Shown: positions 28,752-39,608 of the stretch, piece after piece
Layout: every line of letters begins with the position of its first letter
Position numbering within the stretch: the stretch's first letter is position 1
Source of the DNA: Planctomycetota bacterium
GTDB lineage: Bacteria; Planctomycetota; GCA-002687715; DRQF01
Assembly (NCBI GenBank): GCA_027001995.1
Contig: JALTLO010000088.1
Span: 1 to 61,266 of the forward strand
DNA: 61,266 nt
Direction of reading: 5' to 3'
Translations under genes and position numbers: made by a program
Notes under the pieces: generated by a model
What the model saw: the letters and a program-made list of their open reading frames with translations, nothing else
The model's database searches: none
Told to the model about the DNA's origin: nothing

Positions 28752-30032
28752 TCAATTTGTTCTTTCCAATAACACGGCAGATCCTTGTCCACCGCCAATA
28801 CAAAGTGCGGCGATTCCTCGTTTGAGTCCCCGGCGTTTGAGTTCTTTTAGGAGTGTCAGAATAATCCTGGCACCGCTGGCACCTAGGGGATGCCCCAGGG
28901 CGATGGCACCCCCGTTTACGTTGAGCTGCTCCTGGTGGATTTCACCGAGAGCTTGTTGGAGACCCAACTCACGTGTGCAGAAGTCTCGCGATTTTGCCGC
29001 CTCAAGACAAGCCAAGACTTGGGCCGAAAATGCTTCGTTGATTTCGAAGAGGTCAATGTCGCCCAAAAGGAGGTTGTTTCTTTGAAGCAAGGCGGCAATC
29101 GCGAAGACTGGGCCCAATCCCATACGAGAGGGCGCCAAACCGATGGTGGCGCAGTCTTTGACCACCCCCAATGAGTCCATCTCTCGTCCCTGGTGTGAAG
29201 TCGTCAACAACAGGGCTACTGCACCATCGGAAACGGCGCAAGCATTCCCTGCGGTCACGGTGCCATAGTTCTTGGTGAACACGGGTCTGAGGCGGCCAAG
29301 TGCTTCCATGTCCTGCTGTGGACGAACTGAAGAATCGTCTCGCAAGGCACCTTTGTCGGTAACACAAACCATTGTTTCTTCTTGGATGAGTTCCCGGGCC
29401 GCCGCCGCACGTTGATGACTTTGAAGGGCGAAAGCATCTTGAGATTCCCGACTGATACCAAACTCTCGGGCTAGGTTCTCTGCTGTTCTTCCCATGCTCA
29501 AGCCACAAGTTGGATCAGTGAGCCCTTCCAGGAGGGCAATGCGAGGAGATAGGTGCCCCAAGCGAAAACTCATCATAGCTTTCATAGTTGCCATGGGACT
29601 CTTGGCACGATTGAGTTGGGTGAAGAGAGACTTCATCTTGTCAGAAAAGTAGAATGGGTAGCTACTCATGGACTCTGTGCCGCCCACCAAGAAAGAGGAT
29701 CCAACCTCTCGACCTTGGCGATGAAACACTTGAGCTAAGGATTCCATCCCTGACCCGCAATTCCTTTGAACCGTAAGAGCGGGGATTCTCTCCGGTAACC
29801 CACTTCGTAGGGCGATGACTCGCGCTATATTGCTCAGGGAGGCCCCAGGGCCCACACAGCCAAAAATGACTTCTTCGATCTGGCTCACGTATTGGGGGTG
29901 ACGTCCTAGGAGATGGGTGGATGCCAAACGCCCCAATTCATCGGCATCTACTTGTGAGAATTCTCTATTGGCCAAAGCGAATGGTGTTCTGAGCCCATCA
30001 ATGACTCTGAGCTCTGTTGCTGCCTTGTTCAT
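28752..30032 (-). CDS. fadI: Acetyl-CoA C-acyltransferase (3-ketoacyl-CoA thiolase)
   Basis: RNCGSG, NEAF, GHPLGASG, LCIGGGQG. Confidence 0.9.
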   Translation of the reverse strand: MNKAATELRVIDGLRTPFALANREFSQVDADELGRLASTHLLGRHPQYVSQIEEVIFGCVGPGASLSNIARVIALRSGLPERIPALTVQRNCGSGMESLAQVFHRQGREVGSSFLVGGTESMSSYPFYFSDKMKSLFTQLNRAKSPMATMKAMMSFRLGHLSPRIALLEGLTDPTCGLSMGRTAENLAREFGISRESQDAFALQSHQRAAAARELIQEETMVCVTDKGALRDDSSVRPQQDMEALGRLRPVFTKNYGTVTAGNACAVSDGAVALLLTTSHQGREMDSLGVVKDCATIGLAPSRMGLGPVFAIAALLQRNNLLLGDIDLFEINEAFSAQVLACLEAAKSRDFCTRELGLQQALGEIHQEQLNVNGGAIALGHPLGASGARIILTLLKELKRRGLKRGIAALCIGGGQGSAVLLERTN

Positions 30033-32101
30033 GATGCCACCTCACTCTTCTCAGCGGCCCAAGAAGCGATTCCTCCGGTGAAGGGAGGGAAACCCATGCC
30101 GAATATGGATGCCAAGTCCAAATCAGTCTCGTTCTGCACAATTCCCTCTTCCATGATGCGCGCCGCTTCTTGGTAAAGAGCTTTTTCTAGGCGCAGCAGA
30201 ATATCGGACTCTGGCCAGTCCCGGAGATTGGGGGAGACCTGAGCTATGCCATGGAGCTCTCGGTCAGTTCGTGGTTTTTTCTTTCGGCCACGCCAACGGT
30301 AAAAGCCAATTTTCGTTTTCCGGCCCAGCTGCTTGTTGGCAACGAGGGCATGAATGAGCTCTGGGGTCTTCATGTTCAATTCGGGGAAGGTGGCCAGGTA
30401 GTCACAAACATGCTGGATGATGTCCAAGCCAACGGAGTCCATCAATTCGAATGGTCCCATGGGGAAGCCGAACGATTTGGCTGCCTTTTCGATTGAAGCC
30501 AAAGGGGCTCCTTCCAACAGGAGGTTTTGAGCCTCAAGCAGATAGGGGGCCAGAAGACGATTCACAACGAAGGCTGGGCGGTCCGCGACGACTACGGGGG
30601 TCTTGCTAATATTGCGGCAGAATCGGGATAATCGAGCCAGAGTTTCTTCTTGGGCGTTCTTGCCTCGGACGATTTCGACCAGGGGCATCTTGGGGGCAGG
30701 ATTGAAGAAGTGAAGGCCGTAGAGTGGTTTTTTGCTGGCCAACGCTTGCTCCAAATCGTCAATGCTGAGACTGGAAGTGTTAGTGCAAATGATGGCATTC
30801 GCCCCTGCCTGGGCGTCAATCTCTTTGAGGACGGTCTTCTTTAACTCAGCGATCTCGGGTACTGATTCGATGACAAGGTCCGCTGAGACTAAATCACTAT
30901 AGTTATCGGTGAGAATCAAGCGATCCAGTATTTGGCGCACGCTACACTTATCCAGCCGACGCCTCTTTACCTGTTTATCGAATTCGGCAGTAATAGCGCG
31001 TTTTGCCTTGATCAGTGCTTGGGGCCATAGATCAAGGAGGGTGACTTGCAAGCCCGATCGCAAAAGGGCAGTGGCGATGCCTGAACCCATGATGCCCCCA
31101 CCGACGACGGCAATTCTCTTGGGTTTTGGTTGACCTTTGAGGTCCCATGAATAGGGAGCTCCACGTTCTTTATCCCGATTCCGCCTGAAGATCGAAATGA
31201 GGTTCTTTGCTACTCGGCTTTGGGCTAACTTGACGGCACCATCGTGCTCCAAGTCCAGACGAGTTTCTAAATCTTTGCCGTCAGATTCTCTGAGCAGGGA
31301 GATCAATTGCAGGGGAGCTGGATAGTGGCCCCCAGTTTGTTGGCGCACATTTTTTTCTGCGGCTTTGAGAATGAACTGACGAACCAGGGGGATCTCATGA
31401 ATGAGATAGTCTGATAATCCCACGTCGCGAAAACTTGGATTTCCATGATGACCATGGGCCCTAGCTGCGGCCAATTTCTTTAACCAATGATGGGCTCTTT
31501 CGAGCAACATCTCCTGGGGGCAGCAGTCAGCTACCAAGCCCAGAGATCGGGCTCGACGCCCGGATACCAGGCGTCCGGTTAGGAGCAAGGGCAATGCTTG
31601 CTTGAGGCCGATGGTATCCACCAAACGAGTGGAACCGCCCCAGGCAGGCAAGATGCCCAAGCGGACTTCTGGCAGACCCAATTTTGTCTTCTTGTGGTCA
31701 CTCGTTATGCGTAGGTCACAAGCCAAGGCCAGCTCTAAGCCACCGCCCACGCAGGTGCCACTGATGGCTGCGACGGTAGGGATTTTAAGGGCGGCTAACT
31801 TGGAGAAGAGATCTTGTCCTCGACAAATGAGCTGTGAAATTTCGTCTTCTGTGTCGAGGCTTGCGAGGACATCCAAATCGGCACCTGCGCAGAAAATTCC
31901 CGCGCCAGCACCGCGAATGATGAGGCCCTTTGTTTGGCCTTGATGGCAATCGATGTGGGCTATGGCATGCTCAAGTTCCGTCATGGATGCGGGGCTGAGA
32001 ATGAATGGCTTCTTTTGGTCTCCAACCAGGGTCAACAGGTTGACACCGTCTTCGCAAGTGAGATTGATTGACTCGTAGTTGTTTGAATCTTCTTGTGGCA
32101 T
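30029..32101 (-). CDS. fadJ: Fatty-acid oxidation complex alpha subunit (enoyl-CoA hydratase / 3-hydroxyacyl-CoA dehydrogenase)
   Basis: FCAGADL, GGGLELAL, LPEVRLG; GGGIMGSGIA, NTSSL, HFFNP. Confidence 0.92.
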   Translation of the reverse strand: MPQEDSNNYESINLTCEDGVNLLTLVGDQKKPFILSPASMTELEHAIAHIDCHQGQTKGLIIRGAGAGIFCAGADLDVLASLDTEDEISQLICRGQDLFSKLAALKIPTVAAISGTCVGGGLELALACDLRITSDHKKTKLGLPEVRLGILPAWGGSTRLVDTIGLKQALPLLLTGRLVSGRRARSLGLVADCCPQEMLLERAHHWLKKLAAARAHGHHGNPSFRDVGLSDYLIHEIPLVRQFILKAAEKNVRQQTGGHYPAPLQLISLLRESDGKDLETRLDLEHDGAVKLAQSRVAKNLISIFRRNRDKERGAPYSWDLKGQPKPKRIAVVGGGIMGSGIATALLRSGLQVTLLDLWPQALIKAKRAITAEFDKQVKRRRLDKCSVRQILDRLILTDNYSDLVSADLVIESVPEIAELKKTVLKEIDAQAGANAIICTNTSSLSIDDLEQALASKKPLYGLHFFNPAPKMPLVEIVRGKNAQEETLARLSRFCRNISKTPVVVADRPAFVVNRLLAPYLLEAQNLLLEGAPLASIEKAAKSFGFPMGPFELMDSVGLDIIQHVCDYLATFPELNMKTPELIHALVANKQLGRKTKIGFYRWRGRKKKPRTDRELHGIAQVSPNLRDWPESDILLRLEKALYQEAARIMEEGIVQNETDLDLASIFGMGFPPFTGGIASWAAEKSEVAS

Positions 32102-32248
32102 TCCTCTGCCTTATTCTATTTCAGGCCACAACCGACCCATTACGGTTCTGGTGGATCCGCAAGATACGAAAAATGACCGATCTCTGAGTCCTCAACCGAA
32201 CGAATTCATGAAAAAAAATCTCCAGGCGTCAGAAAGGCTTCTTCTGAC

Positions 32249-33211
32249 TCAAGAATCGTGGGGTTGGATCATCGGAAGGGAAACCAACGACTCAAGATGG
32301 GGCAGGGCATCGAGAGCAGCTTGGCGTCCAGCTTCAACGATCTCCTCCATGTTCAGAAAGTCGGCCCAGCTCGTTTGACCAAGATCCGGGCGAATCACCA
32401 AGTCAGCCGCAGTTGATGCCTGGTTGTTGAAGAGCTGGCAGCCAATGGAGTCCATGCGGTTAATGACATCTAAACCAGAGTCAAATTTGTCCTTTGTTTC
32501 GATCTTCGGTGACAGATCGACGGCGACTACCAGATCTGGACGGTGTCTTTGGGCACTTTCCATGGGTATTGAGCAGAGAACACCATAGTCAGACAAGAGG
32601 TGATCGCCTCTTTCCACTGGGGGGAAAATGCCAGGTAGAGCTGTGCTGCCGATGATGGCGGAGAACAGATCACCGACTTCCATGTCCAGACGTTCCCCGA
32701 TTTTGAGATCGGTGGCGACGATGGTGAGGGGCACTTTGAGGTCAGCAATATCTGAGTTTTCCAACAAGGATTCCAAGCAATCTTCCATGGGGCGGTTGCT
32801 CAAGATTCCTGGACGGGAAACGAAGCGGTGAAAGGCAACTGTGGCTCTCAGATAACCACGGACGCGGCCGACGATGCGGCCCCAGGCTTTGGCCGAATCG
32901 TTGGTCTCCCCGTCCCGATCATCGGGTGTATGACCAGCCCCCTGAGAAGCTCTCAGCATCCGGTTGTAGTAACGCAGAAATTTTTCATTGTGGACGTAGT
33001 CATGGACGCGCTCAGTAATGGCATGGGCATTCGGAGTTTCACAGTAGAGTGCCCCAATGAATGCCCCAATGGAGACGCCCACAACCCGGTCAATTTCGAA
33101 ACCGGATTCCTGGAGTACTTGCAAGACGCCAAAGTGGGCGTAACCCCTGGCACCTCCACCTCCGAGAATGAGCGTTGTTCCCCCGGAAAACGTCGATGCT
33201 CTGAGGTTCAT
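32249..33211 (-). CDS. Patatin-like phospholipase
   Basis: GGGGARG, GVSIG, D-Y-G in place of DGG. Confidence 0.88.
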   Translation of the reverse strand: MNLRASTFSGGTTLILGGGGARGYAHFGVLQVLQESGFEIDRVVGVSIGAFIGALYCETPNAHAITERVHDYVHNEKFLRYYNRMLRASQGAGHTPDDRDGETNDSAKAWGRIVGRVRGYLRATVAFHRFVSRPGILSNRPMEDCLESLLENSDIADLKVPLTIVATDLKIGERLDMEVGDLFSAIIGSTALPGIFPPVERGDHLLSDYGVLCSIPMESAQRHRPDLVVAVDLSPKIETKDKFDSGLDVINRMDSIGCQLFNNQASTAADLVIRPDLGQTSWADFLNMEEIVEAGRQAALDALPHLESLVSLPMIQPHDS

Positions 33212-34713
33212 TTGACAGCTTCCGCATCGGCATCAGTTTGAGACGGGCGTAGGTCTAAGATGCGTTGCTCTTTGGTTTCGGTTTCCATACCCACGCGGTT
33301 GAGCATCTCGTCTAAGTTGTGCACGTGAATTCCGTTGAATTGGATCTCCGCAGCGGTTTTGGCCCGCCGTTGAATGCGATCATGAAGCCCGGCGAATTCT
33401 GCTCCCTTGGACATGGCCAGGTGGAGGTTCAGTTCGTCCACTTCAAAGGGGTCATTGTCGGCTTTACTGATGGCTATCTGCCATTCTTCAATGCCAGTCT
33501 CATTGTCGAGGATCTCGATCAGGGTATTGAAGTTGACGTAGGTGCCTTTGATTTTCGAAAGCTCAAGGTTCTTGACGTTTGACACCCGCCTGACGATGCT
33601 GGACATCCTCGGTAGACGTCTGCTGCATCCGGGGCAACGATCCCAGGTGATGCCACCTTCGATGAGGTCACCGGTCCGATAGCGAATCAACGCGGAACCT
33701 CGGCCATCCAAAGTCGTATAGACGAGTTCACCGCTTTCGCCGTCTGGCAAAATTTCGCCGCTCTCTGGGTCGACAATCTCCATGATGCTGAGATCGGGGG
33801 ATAGATGGAATCCTGTGTTATCTGCCCCGGTACATTCTGCCCAACATTGTCTCGCTTCCGTGAAGCCGAAGACGCTGGCGACCTTGGGATTCTCGGCGCC
33901 CATCTCTTCCAAGAGGCCAATGATTTTGCTCTTCAGGTGGGGGGAAACAGCTTCGCCTCCCAGGGCAACCTTCTTGATCGAATGGAGTTTTGCACCCCGT
34001 GCATGGGCGCTGCGCAACAGATGATAGGCGTACCCTGGCATCCCGACGATGGCCGTGGGTTGCATTCTCTGCATGAGGTCCAAAATCCGTGAGCCCCCCA
34101 TGGCCCGACCGCCGCCGGTGTTGAGGGTGAGAACGCCCCCGGCCTCCGCACAACTTGCTACTTGCCAGAATGCCAAATGAGGAGCGTAGGGAAAGAAACT
34201 CAGGACTTTGTCTTCTTGGGGAGTGAGTCCCAAGACCCGCACGATACGCCTGCCGGTCTCCCGCAGGAGAGCTTGGTCGTAGGGTGTCAAGAAAAAGGGA
34301 ATCGACGAGGCACTTCTGCCCGTGGTGAAAAAAATCTGGGAGGGATTGTACTCCCGCAACAACTCTTGTTGCAGTTGTTCTTGGCCCCGTAGAAGTTTTC
34401 GAGTTAAGAATTTGAGCTTAGTACTCAGGGCTAACCGTTGTTGAATGAGCTCTTTGGATGGTTGTAAAATAAAGTCTCGGGGGCCCGTGTCCCGGTCTAT
34501 TGATGGCAAGAGATCTTCTTTGGTGGTGAAAGGCAGGCGGGTCAGATCACTGGGGTCTTTGAGGTCTTGCCAATCTGGGATTTTTCCGGCATCAAAAAGT
34601 CTACGGTAGTGGGGGCTGAATGGGAGGACCTGATCTCGCAAGAATCGCTTCAAGAGGCGGAGTTGATAACGCTTAGTCTCTTTGGGTTCACATTCGTCCC
34701 ATCGAGATCTCAT
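33208..34713 (-). CDS. Phenylacetate-CoA ligase (PaaK)-like adenylate-forming enzyme
   Basis: [45 protein letters not shown] before ATG 34713. Confidence 0.85.
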   Translation of the reverse strand: MRSRWDECEPKETKRYQLRLLKRFLRDQVLPFSPHYRRLFDAGKIPDWQDLKDPSDLTRLPFTTKEDLLPSIDRDTGPRDFILQPSKELIQQRLALSTKLKFLTRKLLRGQEQLQQELLREYNPSQIFFTTGRSASSIPFFLTPYDQALLRETGRRIVRVLGLTPQEDKVLSFFPYAPHLAFWQVASCAEAGGVLTLNTGGGRAMGGSRILDLMQRMQPTAIVGMPGYAYHLLRSAHARGAKLHSIKKVALGGEAVSPHLKSKIIGLLEEMGAENPKVASVFGFTEARQCWAECTGADNTGFHLSPDLSIMEIVDPESGEILPDGESGELVYTTLDGRGSALIRYRTGDLIEGGITWDRCPGCSRRLPRMSSIVRRVSNVKNLELSKIKGTYVNFNTLIEILDNETGIEEWQIAISKADNDPFEVDELNLHLAMSKGAEFAGLHDRIQRRAKTAAEIQFNGIHVHNLDEMLNRVGMETETKEQRILDLRPSQTDADAEAVK

Positions 34714-34874
34714 AGCATTCTCCTCGTTTCTTGCGGGTCGCCCATGGGTCAATGACTGACCGTTGGCATAGCCATTGTGGCAGACGACAACTCCCCTTTT
34801 CTTTATCGCCCAGATTTCTCCATGACCTTAATACGCTTTTCGCCAACAAATGTTGGATTGGCCGTTCTGTGGTT

Positions 34875-35405
34875 CTATTTCCGCAGGGATGGACGCATGA
34901 GCAAGACGGATGCAGCGATGAGTAAGACCATCTTGAGCCCTTCGGATTTCGTCGACAATTGGTGGAGGTTGTCGAAGGTCTCTCTTGCTGCTGTGAGGGG
35001 CTCTTTCGGTGTGAAGTCAATCTCTCGGCCTAATACTGTGGCTTCAGGGATCAAATAGAATGCAAAAAACGCTGCCAAAGCGAGGGCTAGGAAGGTCAAA
35101 ACGAGAGCAGCACGATGGTTTGTCTTGAAGACGAAGAAAACCCCCAAGACAGCCAGCACAAGTTGTAAGTAGCCATAATGCCGGAAGAACTTACGATTGA
35201 GCTCGGAGGCTACATAGCGCAATGCTTGAGGACGTTCGTCCTTGGCACTGAGTTTAGCGAACACTTCGTTGGCCGATCGCAGCCGATCTGGTTTGAGGGT
35301 GCCAAATGTGGCGCCTGCGGAATAGGCCATGGCCACACTTAAGAAGAGCCACCCTCCTAAGACCCAAGTTGCAGGGGCGACAAATCGTTTTTCTACTGTG
35401 GTCAT
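34875..35405 (-). CDS. Membrane protein (DUF4149/TMEM205-like)
   Basis: 4 TM, F..Y, F..LH..S motif. Confidence 0.65.
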   Translation of the reverse strand: MTTVEKRFVAPATWVLGGWLFLSVAMAYSAGATFGTLKPDRLRSANEVFAKLSAKDERPQALRYVASELNRKFFRHYGYLQLVLAVLGVFFVFKTNHRAALVLTFLALALAAFFAFYLIPEATVLGREIDFTPKEPLTAARETFDNLHQLSTKSEGLKMVLLIAASVLLMRPSLRK

Positions 35406-35644
35406 GTTGGGCTCCCTTGGTGGTCGAGACTAATATAAGGCACTTTGTCCCAGTCCTTTGAGCTGGAAGACGTTGGTGATAGTGTGACCTATGTTTCGTA
35501 TCTCGCAAGAGAGATAAGGAATTTCAAGCTTGCTCTATTCTTTGGCCCGTGGAAGGTGGCGTGGTCATGAATGACGACGCGAGTGCTCGTTAATTGAAGG
35601 GCGCGTTTCGACCTGAACGTGGTCGAAGAACGCAGGAGGATGCC

Positions 35645-38053
35645 ATGTCTTGGACTGCGATGGGAATTATTCTCGCCATTTTGGCCTTGGGTTATACTGG
35701 GGCGCCTTTGCTGATATGGGTGATTTCTGCTAGTGCTGCCCTCTACTTGATGGGAGCGCCAACATGGCTCATCATCTTAGCCGCCGCCCCATTCCTCTTG
35801 TTCAGCATTCCGCCGATTCGATCGCGAATTTTTGCTAAACGAATTGCGACCATCCTTAAGAGAGCCGGCTTACTTCCGATCATATCTGAGACAGAAAGGG
35901 TGGCTCTCGAAGCAGGCACCGTGTGGATGGACGGGGAGCTGTTTTCTGGGAAACCAGATGTGAAGAAACTCCTCGATCAGCCGGAGAAACCTTTGCGCCA
36001 AGATGAGCAAGACTTCTTGGACGGGCCGGTCGAAGAAGTTTGCCGGTTGATCGATGACCAGCGTTGCTGGAAAGAAAAGGATTTGCCCCCTGAAGTCTGG
36101 GCCTACCTTAAGCAGAACAAGTTCTTTGGTTTGATCGTTCCCATTGAACATGGGGGCCTCAACTTGAGTGCCAGTGGCTTGAGTGCAGTGATTCATAAGT
36201 TGGCGTCACGTTCCTTTGCTCTTAGTGTCACGGTCATGATTCCCAATTCTCTTGGGCCCGCAGAGCTGCTGCATCTTTACGGAACCGAGGAACAGAAGAA
36301 CGAATTCTTGCCTAAATTGGCTTCTGGTGAGCACATGCCCTGTTTTGCTCTCACTGAACCAGGTGCGGGTAGCGATGCCGGGGCGATCCAGGCTGAGGGA
36401 ATTGTCTTCAAAGATGAATCCGGTGCCTTGATGCTCAAGCTCAACTGGAACAAACGTTACACCAGCTTGGCAACAGTGAGCACCATCATTGGTTTGGCAT
36501 TCAAGCTGAAAGACCCAGAGAATTTACTTGGCCAGGGTGTCTCCCCGGGGATCACTTGTGCCCTCATTCCAACGGACTCGCCGGGGGTACGTGCCGACGA
36601 GCGCCACGACCCCTTGGGTGTACCATTTCACAACTGCGCGATTTACGGCAAGGACGTTGTTGTGCCTGTGGATGCTATCATCGGAGGCCCGACATTCGCA
36701 GGTAAAGGTTGGGGTATGTTGATGGAATGTTTGGCGGCGGGGCGGGGCATCGCTTTGCCGGCAGCTATGGTTGCCAATGCTAAACTCGTCTCACGAACTG
36801 CTGGCGCCTACAGCATGTTGCGTTATCAGTTCGGCATGCCGATCGGAAAATTTGAGGGTATCGAAGAACCTCTCTCTCGCATTGGCTCGATGACATATTT
36901 GATGGAAGCTGGGCGTCGTTATACCACCACAGCCCTTGATTCTGGTCATAAGCCCAGTGTGGTCTCGGCCATCGTAAAATGCCACTTCACCGAACTTTCA
37001 AGGCGATTGACAAACGATGGCATGGATATTGTCGCCGGCGCGGGTATCTCCCGGGGGCCTCGGAATCTCTTGGCCAATAGCCATATTGCTACACCGATTG
37101 CGATCACTGTTGAAGGCGCGAACATCCTAACGCGGTCTATGATCATTTTTGGTCAGGGTGCTATGCGCTGTCACCCATGGGCTCGGGCGCAAGTGGAAGC
37201 CATTGAGAAAGACGACTATGGAGCGTTCGATCGAGCCTTCTTTGGACACGTCCGTCATTTCGTGCGCAATTTGCATCGCAGTGTCCTCCTCAGTCTGACC
37301 CGAGGCCTATTCGCCCGGAGCCCAGTGACTGGGCCTACGGCCCGTTATTGGCGCAAGTTGAAATGGGCCTCAGCGAGTTTTGCTTTGGTAGCAGATTTCG
37401 CCATGGTTTCTTTGGGTGGCAAATTGAAACGACATGAAAGGCTCTCTGCTCGTTTGGGCGACGTTTTGTCTTGGATGTATTTTCTCACAGCTGTACTTCG
37501 TCGGTTCGAAGCTGATGGACGCAAGCTCGAAGATTTGCCCATGGTGAAACTGGCAGCAGAAGAGTGCTTGGCTGAGATCCAGAGTGCCTTTGACGCTATT
37601 TTTTCTAACTTTCCCGTGCCTTATTTGGGGGGTATCCTCAAGGGGCCAGTTCGTCTTTGGTCGCGACTGAATGCCATCGGTGGTAAGCATCATGACAAGC
37701 TTGGCAGCCAGGTGGCAGATGTGTTGCGCCAACCTGGGGTGCAGAGGGAGCGCCTCTTCGACTTGATGTATTTGCCTGCTTCAGCGGACCAAGCACTCGG
37801 TCGATTGGAGCAAGCGCTGGTGACGGCGAGTCAAGGTCAAGCGATTGCGGGCAAGATCAAAGCAGCCATGAAGGACGGCCGCTTAAAGCGTGGACGGCCC
37901 GAGTCCCATTTGGCAGAAGCTGTTGAACTCGGGGTGATTGAAGAAGCGGAATTGAAACTCTTCCAGGATGCCATGGCCGCTCGTGATGATGCTATTCAAG
38001 TGGATAGCTTTCATGTTGATGACTTTGACGGTGCTACACCTTCGCCTGTTTAG
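35645..38053 (+). CDS. fadE: Acyl-CoA dehydrogenase FadE (membrane-anchored, DUF1974 C-terminus)
   Basis: [43 protein letters not shown]. Confidence 0.95.
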   Translation: MSWTAMGIILAILALGYTGAPLLIWVISASAALYLMGAPTWLIILAAAPFLLFSIPPIRSRIFAKRIATILKRAGLLPIISETERVALEAGTVWMDGELFSGKPDVKKLLDQPEKPLRQDEQDFLDGPVEEVCRLIDDQRCWKEKDLPPEVWAYLKQNKFFGLIVPIEHGGLNLSASGLSAVIHKLASRSFALSVTVMIPNSLGPAELLHLYGTEEQKNEFLPKLASGEHMPCFALTEPGAGSDAGAIQAEGIVFKDESGALMLKLNWNKRYTSLATVSTIIGLAFKLKDPENLLGQGVSPGITCALIPTDSPGVRADERHDPLGVPFHNCAIYGKDVVVPVDAIIGGPTFAGKGWGMLMECLAAGRGIALPAAMVANAKLVSRTAGAYSMLRYQFGMPIGKFEGIEEPLSRIGSMTYLMEAGRRYTTTALDSGHKPSVVSAIVKCHFTELSRRLTNDGMDIVAGAGISRGPRNLLANSHIATPIAITVEGANILTRSMIIFGQGAMRCHPWARAQVEAIEKDDYGAFDRAFFGHVRHFVRNLHRSVLLSLTRGLFARSPVTGPTARYWRKLKWASASFALVADFAMVSLGGKLKRHERLSARLGDVLSWMYFLTAVLRRFEADGRKLEDLPMVKLAAEECLAEIQSAFDAIFSNFPVPYLGGILKGPVRLWSRLNAIGGKHHDKLGSQVADVLRQPGVQRERLFDLMYLPASADQALGRLEQALVTASQGQAIAGKIKAAMKDGRLKRGRPESHLAEAVELGVIEEAELKLFQDAMAARDDAIQVDSFHVDDFDGATPSPV

Positions 38054-38057
38054 AGGG

Positions 38058-39533
38058 CTAACCCAGAGGTTGGCCGATGCAAGTGGCGTAGAGAACGCTT
38101 TCGCTTGCAGGGCGATGAAAGAGCTCATTGACTTGATCATCAAAGTAGCCGCCGATGCCACTGACGCCTAAGTTGAGCTTGAGTGCCGCCAAGTTCAATC
38201 GCTGGCCGATGTGTCCGCAGTCTAGGTTGAGGTAGCGATAGCCTCGTTCTCCAAGTGCTGCTGTTGTATCCTCGATGTTGGCAAAGTGGTAGATGATAAC
38301 GCAAGCGTCTCGCATTAGCTCTTGGCCTAAACCGATTTCATGATTTTCGCGGGCAAAGTAGCCTCGTCTTTGGAGCAACAAACGGGAGCTGCAAGGGTCG
38401 TATTGGTAGAGGCCTTGCTCTAAGTCTTCGACTCGATGAACGGCCAGGAATGTGTCGATTCTTGCTGGGTCTAAGAAGTGGTTCTTGTCGCTGGTTTGAG
38501 TACCCAAGTAACCATATCCCAGAATCATTCCCAAGGATTCCATCGACATGGGGGCCCCGGAGAATGACCGGGTGGATCGGCGCAAGAGAATTGTTGGGCC
38601 CAAAGATCCTTCCCAGGGTATCTGTTTGCGGCTCAGTGCAAAAGTGAGCTGTGATTTCTTTCCCGCCAAGAGTTCTACAGGTTTTGGGCTGCTAGTCTCG
38701 ATGGGGAGTGAAGTGATCTGGCTGGCTTGGTGGGTTCTTAGGATGAGGTTTTCTTCGACACTTTGCCCTGAACCTTGGCTGACCCCAAGAGGTTGCCGAG
38801 GATGAGGCTCCTCTTCCAATGCCACCAAGATGAGTGTCGACTCCTTAGCTCCGTCGAAGAACATAAAGTCGTTCAAACCCTGATCATGAAAAGCTGTAAT
38901 CGCCTTGGGGCAGTAAGACATTTCAGGTGAGAAAACCATGAGGTTTCCCAAGACGTGACCTGAATCCAGAAGGATACGACGATAGGAACGGTCATGGTAG
39001 CGCCAACTTGACCGGAGAAAGACGATGCTCAAGAGAAACACGATGTTGGCGTTTTCAATAGTAGAATCACCCTCGATGCAGGCCCCTAAGTCTGGCCAAA
39101 AGTTGCCTTCGAGCACGGGAGCCAAGGTGTGGTCTCGTACTTGGTAGTTGTAGATGCCGTCTTCGACTCCGGGTGTATCGCGAATAGCCAAGTAGATTTC
39201 TGTGGGGTAGAGAGCTCCTGCGGAAGGGGCAGACCGATAGAAAATGGGATCTCCATTGGTTCGCTGCTGAGCGGTGACGCCATTGATGTGAAGCAGGAGG
39301 GTTGAAAGTCGCGATAGGTGGTAATGTGGGGAGGTTGGGTCGGCTTCCTTGAGGATGGGCTCGTCGCTGTCCTCCTCTTGAGTCAGCAAAAGGAATTCGC
39401 CCAATTCAATGCGGGATTTGGAATGGAAGTCTTTGTAGGGAGTTGGCTGGGCATCCCAATCAGCCGGTGGAATATCACCGATAGATTCGGGGGCGTACTT
39501 CGTTGCATTGTGATATTCGTTAGAAATAGACAC
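38058..39533 (-). CDS. SagB/ThcOx-family FMN oxidoreductase (tandem nitroreductase domains)
   Basis: YH..TKY, RSAPSAGALYP.E.Y, WRY..R.YR...LD.GH, second RRSTRSF...GIGG.FD; GTG start after AAGGAG. Confidence 0.88.
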   Translation of the reverse strand: MSISNEYHNATKYAPESIGDIPPADWDAQPTPYKDFHSKSRIELGEFLLLTQEEDSDEPILKEADPTSPHYHLSRLSTLLLHINGVTAQQRTNGDPIFYRSAPSAGALYPTEIYLAIRDTPGVEDGIYNYQVRDHTLAPVLEGNFWPDLGACIEGDSTIENANIVFLLSIVFLRSSWRYHDRSYRRILLDSGHVLGNLMVFSPEMSYCPKAITAFHDQGLNDFMFFDGAKESTLILVALEEEPHPRQPLGVSQGSGQSVEENLILRTHQASQITSLPIETSSPKPVELLAGKKSQLTFALSRKQIPWEGSLGPTILLRRSTRSFSGAPMSMESLGMILGYGYLGTQTSDKNHFLDPARIDTFLAVHRVEDLEQGLYQYDPCSSRLLLQRRGYFARENHEIGLGQELMRDACVIIYHFANIEDTTAALGERGYRYLNLDCGHIGQRLNLAALKLNLGVSGIGGYFDDQVNELFHRPASESVLYATCIGQPLG

Positions 39534-39608
39534 GTCAGCTCCTTGCTGCCAACGGTTTAACATCGTTCGACTGGCAAGGAAAAGGGGCGTGGGCAGTCCC
39601 TATCGCGA

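Noticed and set aside
38058..39533. SagB/ThcOx oxidase as part of the RiPP pathway
   Set aside because: 13 kb from the precursors, with no YcaO cyclodehydratase; stand-alone tandem nitroreductases of this type are common
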